A program made the translations under genes and the position numbers. This document shows, piece after piece, positions 24,368-35,622 of a DNA stretch of 62,706 nucleotides (positions within the stretch are counted from its first letter, which is position 1; each line of letters starts with the position of its first letter). The notes under the pieces are model-generated. The model ran no database searches. It was given only the letters and a program-made list of their open reading frames with translations, and had not been told where the DNA came from. Origin of the DNA: Rhizaria sp. SCN 62-66 (taxonomy: Eukaryota); the NCBI GenBank assembly GCA_001724265.1, contig MEDY01000067.1, positions 62,001-124,706 on the forward strand, given 5' to 3'.

Positions 24368-25966
24368 TTAGTCCTTGGCGTCCATGACACCGCCCTCCGC
24401 AAGGCAGTAAATGGCCTCGGCCTCCGGCAGACAAGGCGAGTCGTAGATCTTGCAGATGCGCTGGTCGCCGCGGCCTTTGCGCAGCATGAGACGCGTAGTG
24501 GACGCGTGCGCCATGACGTGTCCACCGATGGGCTTCTTGACGTCGGCGACGAACATGGCCGCGCCGCCGGGGTCCGCCACAACCTGGTTCGTGATCAGCA
24601 CGGCGACGTTGAACTCCTCGGCCAGCTTGGTGAGCTTGGAAAGGAACTGGCCCAGCTTCTGCTGGCGCTCCGCGAGCTGGCCGCGGCCGGAAAAATCGAC
24701 GCGGAAGAGCGCCGTGGCCGAATCCACGATCAGCAGCGCGTAGTGGTCCTCGATCATACGCGCCGCAGCCCCAGTCAGAAGGTCCATCTGGTGCTCGTGC
24801 TGTGCAGGGCAAAAGGAAACAAGATCCAGTCAATGAGTGGGATAGTGCTAGTTTGATGTAAGTGCAAGTCATCAGTGAAGTTAAATATAATTATCAAGTT
24901 CAGTTTGGTGATAACGCAGGAGATATTGCCAGTGAATAATGTCAATGCGCGCAGAGGGAAAGAAAATCAACAATCGTGTGACGTACGGTGAATGCACGCG
25001 CGACGCAAATGTTGTCTAGCACCGCGTCACCGTCGACGCCGAAGCGCGCCGAGATTTCTGCAATGCGCTCGGGGCGAAACGTGCCCTCGGTGTCAATGTA
25101 CATCACCTTGCCGTTGCCGCCGCCGGACGCAGTCGGCAGCTGCGCGGTCACGCACAGCGTGTGGCACAGTCTGAAAGAGGCAAATGTGCAGAGATGTTCG
25201 AGTCATCGTGTGAGCAAGCATGATATTGAGTGTGGACGCGTAGATACCGTGAGGAATATTATGATATAACGTTGCGCATACAGACTGCCATGCAACGCGG
25301 GCAGCGTCGACAAGGGAGGAACAAGCCCGAATCAAATTTAAGTCATTCTAGATAGCGTTCACGGCAAAGTGGGACTGACGTACTGTGTCTTTCCGGTGCG
25401 GAACTCTCCGAAGACCTCGGTGATGGACATAGACTCGATGCCGCCGCGAAGCAGCTCATCCAGCGCGGTCGAACCCGTGCTGATGTTGAGCACAGTCTTG
25501 CGCTTCTCGCGCATCGCGCGCGCGTTGATGAAGCCGAAAGAGTTGACCTAAGCGGATAAGAGTGGGGGACCGGGGGTACGTGAGTCAAAGAGGGTACGAG
25601 AGTGGATATAGCAAGAATTACGTCTATAACAACAAAACGACCACCGGTGGTAGCGGTGAGCGTGTGAACAAAACTTGAAGAGGAGCGAGATGACCTACTG
25701 CAACGTACCTTCTTGACGCACTCGATGAGCTTCTGGACCTTAACCTCGGAGAGGCCCTTGATGGAGGTGAGATAGGCGGTGGTAGCCATCATGACCGAGG
25801 CCATGGTATAAAGCCCGGCTGCCTTGAGCTTCTTAATGTCGGCGACGTTGATGCCCATGGACTCGAGCTTGTCGATCTCCTGTATACCAGTCTCTTCGAG
25901 CAGCGAGGGGTCGATCTCGATGTTCTCCTCGATCGCGTCGTCGCGAACTTCAAGCTCCATATCCAT
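24368..25966 (-). CDS. DMC1: Meiosis-specific recombinase DMC1, 345 aa
   Basis: Exons 25966-25709, 25547-25384, 25170-24987, 24799-24368 (1038 nt; three GTACGT donors). [41 protein letters not shown] and [14 protein letters not shown] are DMC1-type rather than RAD51-type (RTDYSGRGELSARQ, GGNI). Ends TAA. Confidence 0.9.
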
Positions 25967-26580
25967 TTTTAGCGGACTGTAAGGCGATCAAAAGGTCAAG
26001 AAGCAAGAACAAAGGGGTGCAAGGTGGGCGGGCGAACAGGTAGCGTAAGTGGGTGTCATGGGAAATAAGCAAAACATTAACAGTGAGGCGAACGATAAAA
26101 GGCACAGAGAGAACTTAGGTCGAAAAGAAGAAATGAGTCAAAGGAATAAGACTTAAAGGGGAAATATCACGCAAAACTCTGTTTCCTTTGAGCTTGCTCA
26201 GCGCTTAAAGCTCTCTTTGGAGCCCGAACCTGCATGTTGAAAATTAATACGTGACCAGTCTGCACAGCCTTGTTGCAACATGAAAAACAATTCGAACCAC
26301 AATATGCACGGATACCGCTCCACCATTATCGTAACAATAACAATAGCTTTAGTATTTAGATTGTGTTAAATAGGTCAAACATAATCTCATCTTCAAAGTG
26401 TGTTAAATATTGCTTAACCCGAGATATCGATCGGTCTTTGGACAGGTCCAATGGCCACAGCTAGTAAGGCGAGGAGATGAAACCAATCGTGACATGAAAA
26501 AAATTGAAAGATGAAGTGTATTTAAAATGACTTGATGAGTACAGATATGTAACCTTATAAACTATGTAGTGAACTAAAAT

Positions 26581-29500
26581 TTAAACCGCAGCCATGTAAT
26601 TTGCTGTGTTGCTGGTCTCACTGAGGCTCGAGCCAGTGCCCGTGCCAGTGATCGTGCTCGTTGTGCTGCCACGGAGTAGCGACGTCGCCTCCTCCTCCGC
26701 TGCAGCGGCCTCGCGTCTCGCGCGCAGCAGGCCCGCGGCGCCCCACACGCGCGGCGCAACCTCACCGGCCGAGCGCGCGGCCCAGTGCACCGCGGGCAGC
26801 GCGGCCGCGGCCACGGCGGCGATGACGACCACGAGCGTCACGAGCACCACGATTGCGTTGCGCGCGTCGTTATCGTCGCTGTCGTCGCCGCCGTCGAACT
26901 CGCCGCCGCCACCGGACGCGGGTGCGCTGTCGAAGCCGGCGTTGGCGCTCGCCGTCTTGCCAGAGGTGGCGACGCGCGCCGCGGGGGACTGTGCGCGGGC
27001 CGCCGGAGCAGCAGCGCTGGCGGGCTTGGTGCTGTCTCCATCGCTGCTCACAGGCGCAGGCACAGGCGCAGTCGCAGGCGCTGTCGCAGGCGCGGCGGCG
27101 CTGCTGCCCGTGCTGTTCGTAACAGTAGCATTCGCAGCAGCAGCGCTCGAGCTCGCAGCCTGAGTGTTGTTGCTCTGACCTCTGATAATGCTGCTGTTGC
27201 TGCTGTTGCTGTTAGCGAGATGAGGCAGCCCGTCCCAGGCCTTGACGCGGCTCTGCCACTCCGCACGCTCGCGCTCCTGCGCAGGGCTCGCCTGCGCACC
27301 GGACACACCGCCGCCTGCGCTCGCGCCGCCCTCAACGCCCGTACCAGTCACGGTCCCAGTCCCAGCCACAGCATCATCAGCAGCGCCAGCAGCAGCGGGC
27401 GTGCCCGCGCTCGCGCTGCTCGGGGTGACGGCGGTGGCGGCGGCCGCGGCGTGGTTCGAGGCCTGCGAGTGGCCCGCCAGCGACTGCGGCACGCGCGGCG
27501 CCTTGGACGGCTTGACCAGCGCAGTCGCCGTGGGCGCAGTCGCCGTGGACGGGGCCGCCGTGGACGGTGCCGCCGTCGCGGGCGCTGTGGCCGCCGTCGC
27601 GGGCGGCGTCGCTGCGGGAGTGGGCGGCGTCGCTGCGGGTGACTGCTGAGCGTCAGCGGCAGCGCCCACAGCTGCGTGCGCGTCAGTTGTGGCATCAGCG
27701 CCAGCGCCCGCGACCGTGCCGCTGTCGTCCTCCTCGACGGCCGAGACCCAGGAGCGCAAGCGGGCCAGCAAACCATGATCAGCGGGGTCACCGTTCGCGT
27801 TCCCGCCAGCGACCGCGTGTTCCGAGGAGTGCACCTGGGCGGCCGTGAGCGCGGCGTGCGCGTTGCTCGCGCTGGCCGCACCTGCAGCGGAGGCCGCGTT
27901 GGCGGGCGCCGCGTTGGCGGAGGTGGGGGGCGTCACATGGGTGCGCGGCACCAGACCCCCGCGCCCCGACTTGCTCGGGCCTGGCGCGGTCTTGGAGCCG
28001 GAGGCGGCGGCAGCGGCAGTGGCGTTGGCGGCAGCAGCCGCAGAGGCAGCGGCAGCGGCAGCAGAAGTAGCGGCGGCGGCAGCCTGCTGCATCGTGGAGT
28101 AGGGGAAGTCGGGCGGCAACAACCCCAGCTTGACCGCAGCGGCGGCGTCCTCGGCCGCGAGTTGCGACGCCAGGAGCCCGGCCTCGGTCAACAGCGGCGT
28201 CCGCGTCCGCACCTGCGACTGCGCCTGCAACTGTGACGGGGACGGAGACGGGGACTGAGCGACGGCAGTGTTCGTGTCGGCATTGCTGGCCGAGAGCGCG
28301 TCGAGCGCGTCGAGTGCGTCGCTCTCGGCGCCGTCACACCCGGCGATGGGCGCGAACCCGACGCGCTCGCCGCCCACATCGAACACGGTGTAGTACCGCT
28401 CCAGCACGGCCTGGCCGATGATGTTGACCGTGGCGAAAGAAGTGAGGAGACAAAAGTTGCCGCCGTAGTGCGCCGATGCGTCGAGCAGCGCGGCCTGCCG
28501 CCGCGACGACGGCTGCCACAGCGGCGCCGCGCGCGGGGACATGCCGGGGCCGCTGCCGCCGGTGCGCGCGCTGACGTTGGCGTTGGGCGTGTTGTAGGGG
28601 GTCGGCGCGTCGAGCAGCGCGGCGAGACGGCGGCGCGCGGAGCCCGATCCCAGCCCTCCAGTCGCAGCCTCACTCGAGCTAGAGCTGGAGCTGGAGCTAG
28701 CGCCGGAGCCAGAGCCAGAGCGTGAGCTCGCGAGCACTTGATGCGCCGCGTCAGCGCCGCTGTCCGCCGTGGCCGTGGCCGTGGCCGAGGTTGTGGACAC
28801 TGCGGTGCGGGTTGCGGGCTTGGGCAGCAGCGGCATGGGCTTGACGTGCCTGCGCAGCGCCGCCTCGGCGGCCACGTCACCGAAGAGCGGGTTCATGTTA
28901 AGCCGCGAGGGGCACTGCGCGGCGGGCGTGTAGGGCATGTAGCGCTCGGGCGGCACCACGAGGTCGATGTACGGCAGCTCGCTCAGCAAGTCCCCGTCGT
29001 CGTCGTCGCCGTCCTCGTCGCCGAGACCATCCGCGTCGCTGATGCTGCTCTTGCCGTGCTTGCGCGCCTTGCCGCCGCGACTCGCTTTGCCGTCGCCGCT
29101 GCCGCTGCCGCTGGCGGCGCGCGAAAAGCGACGGTAGCGCGCGCGCGCGCGGTCGAGCGCGCACTGCGCCACGGCGGCGTCGACGCGGCGCCACACGCGC
29201 GGGTGCGCGCGGAGGTAGCGCATAAGGTCGAACTCGGCAAACACGTCGCTGTCGCCGTGGCTCTCGCTGTCGCCGGCAACTGCGCCCGCGCCCGTGGGGC
29301 CGTGGCCGTGGCCGTGCGTCGCGGCGGCCGCGCCGGCGGCGGACAGCGCGGCCGTCAGCGCGGCGGACTCCGCGGGCGAGTGCGCGTGAGTGTACAGCTC
29401 GGCGGTGGCGGCTCGCTCGCACAACTCGAGGTCCGCGTCCGAGGGCTCGCGCAGCAGACGCAGCTTGAGGCTTGGCCAGCGCGGCAGCGACGACGCGTAG

Positions 29501-32378
29501 CGCCCGTTGACGCCAACCGTGGAGCTGCGGACGTTGTTCATGGCGCGCGAGACGCTGACGTCGCCGTCGCGCCCATCGTCACCGTCGTTCACGTCGCCGT
29601 CGCCGTCGCCGTCGCCGCCGCTGTTTGTGGTGGCCGGGGGGGAAGGCGCCCACGCGGCGACGGGCACACAGGCCTGGCCGAGCCAGAAGGCGAGCGGCAG
29701 GTGCGCGCCCGCGAGCCGCTGCACGGTCACGACCGTGAGCGCAAAGAGCGGCGGAAGCAGCGCCAGCGGGCCCGTGCCCGTGTCGACGATCGCGGGCAGC
29801 GCGGACAGCGGCCGCAGAGGCGCGCGCACGGCGGGCGCTGCGGCGGCGGCGGGCTTAGACTGGGACGGCGACTGCGATGGGGTTGGGACGGGGTATGAAG
29901 AGGGAGATGACTGCTTGGACGAGGGGGAGGACGACAGGTACATCAGATTGCTGCGGGCAGGAAGCGCAAAGCCAGCGCCTGAGCCCTGCCTCTGGTTCTG
30001 ACTCTCATCGCCATCGTTGTCATCGTTCTCCGACTCTTGTGACTGTGAGCCGAATTGAGACTGAGACTGTGGCAAGTAGTACGGGGTCGCAAACGTCTCG
30101 CCCGCACTCGCACTCGCGCTCACGGTCACGCCACCGTTGCCGCTGTCTTCATCGAGACTGTGTTCGCTCGCGCCCACAGTCGCAGGCGCAGGCGCGTGCG
30201 AACGTGACCGAGACCGCGACTGCGCAGTGTGAGCAGACTGTGCGTTGGCGCCGTCGCCGAGAGAGACGGCGACGATGTTACGGTTGATGCGGTGCGGCCC
30301 CGAAGTCGCGTAGCCCGCACCGTCTAAGGGGGTACCTACACCGCCAGAGCGAGACGGCTTTGCGAAGGGCGAGCGCACGTGCGATGAACGCTGCTGCTCG
30401 GCGAACTTGGTCTGCGTCTGCTGCTGTTGCTGCCGCTGCTGCTTCCGTGACTGCGTGTGCTGCTGCGACGCGTGCCGCAGCAGCGCGGAGAACAAGCTGT
30501 CCACGCCCGCGCCATCACTGCCGCTGTCGACCGCAGAAGCGGCAGCATTCGCGCTCTCGGCAGCATTCACAGTCGCGGAAGCACCGGCGCTCTTGCCCTT
30601 GCCCGTAGACTTGTCCGACTTAAACTGCCGTGTAAGGGCCTTGTCCACGCCCACGTCGGCGATCAGCGCGTCCCACACCGAGGGGGGCACGTCCTTTGAC
30701 AAACGCGGCGCTGCGGCACTGGCGTTGCTCTTCGCGTTCTTAGCGTTCTTGCTCTTGCGCTTGCTGCTGCGCTTGTTGCTGTTCTTGCTAATTGCGGCGC
30801 TCGAAGTTAATCCGGCGACAAAGCGCGAAGTCAAGCCGTCCGTGCCGAACGCGTCCTCCCACATGTCCCCGTCCTTGGCGTTGCTGACGATTTCACGGTC
30901 ACCCGCGGAGTCGAACTCCTTGGCGCTCACAGCCGCCCTGTGCGAGTCGACCTCGGTCTCGGCGTCGGAGGCCTCTGCGGCAGCGGCGGCGGCGGCGGCG
31001 GCGCGGTGCTGCGAGACGCGCGTGTGCAGCTCAACGATGCTCACTGTCACGCCAGAGGACTGTGAGCGCAGACGGGCCTGTGCGTCGCTGCTGACGCGGT
31101 CGCTGCCGGTTGAAGTATCAGCATCAGCGTCGGCATCGGCGTTATCCGCGGTGTCCGTGTCAGGGTCGGTGTAAGTACCCTCGTCGGCGTGTAAGTGCAC
31201 GAGCACGTCGAGCAGCGGCACCTCGTAGAAGCGCGCGCGCGACACGGGCACATACCGCAGCCGCGAGCTGTAGCGCTGGCGCACGTCGCCTCCATCGACA
31301 CCGGCGCCGGCGTCGCTGAAGGGCGCGCTGTCGCCGGCGGCTTTCTTTTTGTCGCCGCCGTTAGTGCCGCTGTTGACTGCACCTTTCCTCGCATTACGGG
31401 TACTCGTGGCAGAACTAACGCCAGAACTCGTGGTGGAACCCGTGGGGGCACTGGTGCGGTACGCGTGGACGACGCCGCCCAGGTCGAGCGCGCCGACGCT
31501 CATGCCGGCCGTGAGCAGCGTGGGCAGCGCGGGCGCGGCGCCGGGCTCGCGTGCGCCCGCGGCCCGCAGCGCAGCGCCCGCGCCCGTCACGGCCGCTCGC
31601 ACGCGCCGCTCCGCCGACACCGGGTCCCAGGGGCACGTGTACGACGCGAAGACCGGCAGCAGCGGCGCCGCGGGGGCCACGGCCACTGCGGCGCGCTGTA
31701 GGCCCCCGGCGGCGGCGGCGGCAGAAGCGGATGCCGCGGCGGCGGAGGCTGCGGAGGCGATGAGCGATGGGAAGAACGAGTCCAGCAGCGTGGGTGCGGG
31801 CGCCGCGAGCGCGGGCGCGGCGAGCGCGGCGGCGGCCTGCGCGCCGCGCGGCGTGGGGTTAGCAGAATATACGGCCGCGGCCATCGCCGATGACGCCGCG
31901 GCCGCGCGCCGTTGCCACTGCGCCAGCGCGGCGACCGCGCTCACACCGGAAGACTCTGACGCGGACTCGGACTCGGACTCGGATTCGCTCTGGCTGTCGG
32001 CGCTGGCGGCCGCGTTCGAGCCCGCGGCGGTCCCGCTGGCGCCGACTGGCGGCGCGATGGGCACGGGCACAGGGTCCGGGTCGCGGCGCAGCAGCGCGGG
32101 GAAGGCGAACCCGGCGATGCCGGTCTGCAGGCGCTGGCGCGACGACAGCGCGTGGGGCAGCGTGAGCGCCGCCGCGCGCGCCGCCGCCAGCACGGCCGCC
32201 GCGTCGCCCGACTGCGCGGCAGGCAGCGCGGGCGTCGCGTGCAGCCGCTCGCGGGACAGCGCGGTCAGCGCCGCCAGAGACGACGGCAGGCGCGGCGCGG
32301 GCGCGGCGGCGGCCCTGCTGCCTGTGATGTCGCTCGGGCTGCCGTGAATGCCGTGAATGCCGTGAATGCCGCTCATAC

Positions 32379-32418
<40 letters not shown>

Positions 32419-34011
32419 AGTGGTGGTGGTGATGGGCGCAGTTGTAGGAGCAACGGCCACAGAGCCAGAGCCAGATCCGGAGCCAGCGCTAACGGGGGCG
32501 GCAGCGAGCAGGGCGGCGGCGAGCATGTCCTTGGCGCTGACCGCGCTCTTCCCGGCCTCAGCACCACCGGTGGCGGCGGCGGCGGTCTTGGCAGACTGCT
32601 GCGGAAGAAGATTTGCGTTGGCGGCGTCCAGACTGCTGTTTTCGGCGAGAGTGCCGTTGCCAGCGGCGCCCTGTTTGCGGTGGCGCCAGAGCGCCTCGAC
32701 GGCGGGCGCGACGGTGGCGGCGCACTGCAGCATGTGGCGCTGCTGCGAGATGCCCGCGAAGCGGAACCCGCCCGGGTGCGGCGACAGCAGCGACGCCGCG
32801 GACGACACCGCGGCCGCGGCCGCAGCCGCAGCCGCGGCCGCAGCAGCGTTGGCGTTTGCAGTAGGGTTCACGTAGGGGGTCTGGCCGGTGTAGAGCACGC
32901 GCCTGTCAGCCGGCTGCGGCTGCGGCTGTGAGCTCGGTGACGGTGCGCTCGGTGACTGTGCATCATCGCCGCCGTCGCCGCCGATCTCGGCCATGCTGTG
33001 AGCGACCGCGGTGACGGCAATGCCCTGCGGCGCGGCGGGCGCGCACACCTCGCCGTGCCACGAACCCGAACCGTAGTTCATGGTAAAGCCGCCCTTGGCT
33101 GCGCAGCGCGCGGCGTGGTATGGGTAGCCAGGATGCGGGCACGACGACGCCGCCGCGGTCGCCGCGGAGAGTCGCGCCAGCGCCGCGGGCGCGTGCAGCG
33201 CCGGCGCCGCCACGGGGGCCGGGAACGGCGGCCAAGACGACGACAATGACACCGGTGACTGCAGTTGCGACTGCGACTTGGCGTCCGCACGGGCGCTAGT
33301 GTTGATATCAAAGTCTGAGTCGGAGGCGGAAGCGGAGTCCGGCGCGAGCGCGATTGCGAGCGTGGAGGAGCCTGTGTCGAAGATGACGTGGAACGGCACG
33401 CCGTCGACCGAAAGCGGGAACGTATAGTCCGTCCACACGGAGCCAGTCAGCGGGATGGACACAGGCGCCTGCGCCGCCGCGGGCTCCCACGACGCCGACG
33501 CACCACGTGCGCCGCCACTGCTGCCACTGCCGCCGCTGTTGCCGCTGTTGCCGTTGGAATCGCGCGCGGGGGACGTGGGGGAGGCCGAGTCGGCGGGCGG
33601 GAGAGGCATGTGGAGCGGGGGCGCGTAGTAGCTGAAGTGGGGCCCGCTGGCCGCGTAGCCGTGCAGGACGGTGGCGGGCGACGGCGCTGAGGCTGCGGCG
33701 TGGGCTGAGGCCGATGCTGAGGCTGCTGATAAACTCGAGTGGGACGAGGAAGCGGAGGCGGGGTCAGCCGCGGAGACGAGTGTGGCGCATGTCGTGGCAA
33801 GCAGAGCAAGGAACATATGCATCAATCGCGGGTGAGATCCTCCGCGGGCCGGGGCGGTGGAGGAAGACTTGGGAGTTGGCTCTGCAGCAGCTGCAGGAGA
33901 GCAAGCGCGAGAGGAATTCGAAGTCGATGAAGGGGTGGACGAGGCTGTTTCGGCAAGCCCACGTGCACAAAACCCGGCAGGGGGCTGCGGGCCAAAAGCA
34001 CCGGGAGGCAT
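26581..34011 (-). CDS. Pepsin-family (A1) aspartic protease with C-terminal TM anchor (BACE/plasmepsin V-like topology), about 2400 aa because of low-complexity inserts
   Basis: Intronless ORF with VIFDTGSS (Asp codon 33376-33378), flap-like FTMNYGSG, GIAGFAF, RFYEVPL, AIVDTGTG (Asp 29782-29784), NIIGQAVLERYYTVFDVGGERVGFAP, and TM IVVLVTLVVVIAAVAAAAL. Signal-like MHMFLALLATTCATLVSA from ATG 33822 may be the real start. Ends TAA. Confidence 0.85.
32341..32420 (-). repeat. (AGC)n poly-Ser tract next to a 9-nt x3 repeat (GIH GIH GIH) in the protease gene
   Basis: Plus strand gccgtgaat x3 at 32341-32367, followed by an uninterrupted (gct)n run from 32380 to about 32418. Confidence 0.9.
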
Positions 34012-35622
34012 AAAAGCTAAGCAGGCGACCAGACGAAACGCTCGTGAATGCTGTGACGGTGTGGAAAAGCGAGTTTGGGTCTGGACGGCAGAACGCTCTG
34101 GAGGGGTGTAATATCAACATATTGACAGATTATTTAAAGTTAGCATTATTTAAGGAGAGAAAATAACAAACATTAATCTAAATATCACCTTAATGACGTG
34201 TATAACGCAGGATTATCCTCGCAAGATCTCGACTCCAAGACGAAATAGCTCAAGCTGGACCACAGCAGACCAATACCACCGCAGCATGACAAGTGCATAA
34301 TCATGGCATAGTCATGCGCCACTCAAACGCGTACTTAAGCGGGTCTCCTCAAAATTGAGGTTGCGTGCAAATGTAACCAATGAGTATAACAAGGCGAATA
34401 TAGTTGGTCGAAGACAAAAAGATAATGTATTTGCAGAACATCGAAAACTACAAGTATCGACTGAATCTGAAAATGATACTCAACCGGTAGAGTAGCACTT
34501 GTGGTTGAGTGCGCATATCGATATTGTTGCAATAAATCAGAGACAATAGAGAACATACAATTCTAAATAGAAATATAAAGCTAGAAATTTTGACAAAAAC
34601 AAGGTCGAGGCGCAGCATAGAGATAATTTCGCACGCTGCTTTTGACACTGAGTCAACGATATTTGTGTGTGAATAGATGACAAAAGGATCCTGCATGACC
34701 CAGAAACTGGTAGCATCATCATCGTACACCACAAAACAGTGCAGCATGCGCATTTGTAAACATAAGATGTACAATTACCCGTATGCAAACGCGTCGAAAG
34801 AAAAAGTTAAGATCGTCTTAACAACGTGAAAAAGAAAGTTGAACCCAAACCAAGAACTAGTAGGTCGATTTGAGACAACTTTAGTTTGACCGTACGACTT
34901 GAACAATAGATACTATTATGAGTCGTACAAATAAAACGAAGAAATGACTAATCAAACGAAACTTCATAACAACGACTAATAAGTGAACTATTCGTTCCTA
35001 GGCAACAAAAACATAGCAAACAATCAAAATAGTGAAAATACATCTTGAAAAAAACATGCGGAAAAGACACGCTCACAAAAGCGACAAAGAAAGTGGCGCA
35101 AAAAGACCGGAAACATGAAAGGATTGTGTGTCATTATCACAAGACAGTGGGTGCGGTGTGGTGTGGTGTGTTGCAGGATTTGGTTTAGAAAGAATGCATG
35201 AACTTGAGTGGCGCAAGCTTTAGACTCAAAAAGATCAACACACAGATTATGACACACATGTCATGTGCACTTATTGAAGCTTCGATGATCAAACAATTCT
35301 TAAACAGACAATAAAATTTCCAACAATGATCACAATGATACTCATTGTGGGGGCTCATACGTGCTAACAACTTATTTAGTCGTACAAACAAGAAACACAA
35401 AGGTTATCTACCTCATAGAACATTCCCAAAAGACACTTAAACAACAAATGCAAGACATACGATGTCACCAACTATGGTCAAGCGATACACTGAACGTGTG
35501 TAGCATCACAGTGAATGGAGAAAGAAGAAAAAAAAGGACAACAGTCTACGTGTGCAAATTGGGTGTAGTAACGCAGCTACAACAGCAAGCAATCACAACC
35601 AAAGATCAGTATGGGTTTTTCT

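Noticed and set aside
5000-34000. Many overlapping Arg/Ala/Pro-rich ORFs on alternative frames and the opposite strand (e.g. 19113..20834, 17700..19010, 8158..9318, 28738..29898)
   Set aside because: These are shadow ORFs expected in very GC-rich coding DNA, with no recognisable motifs.
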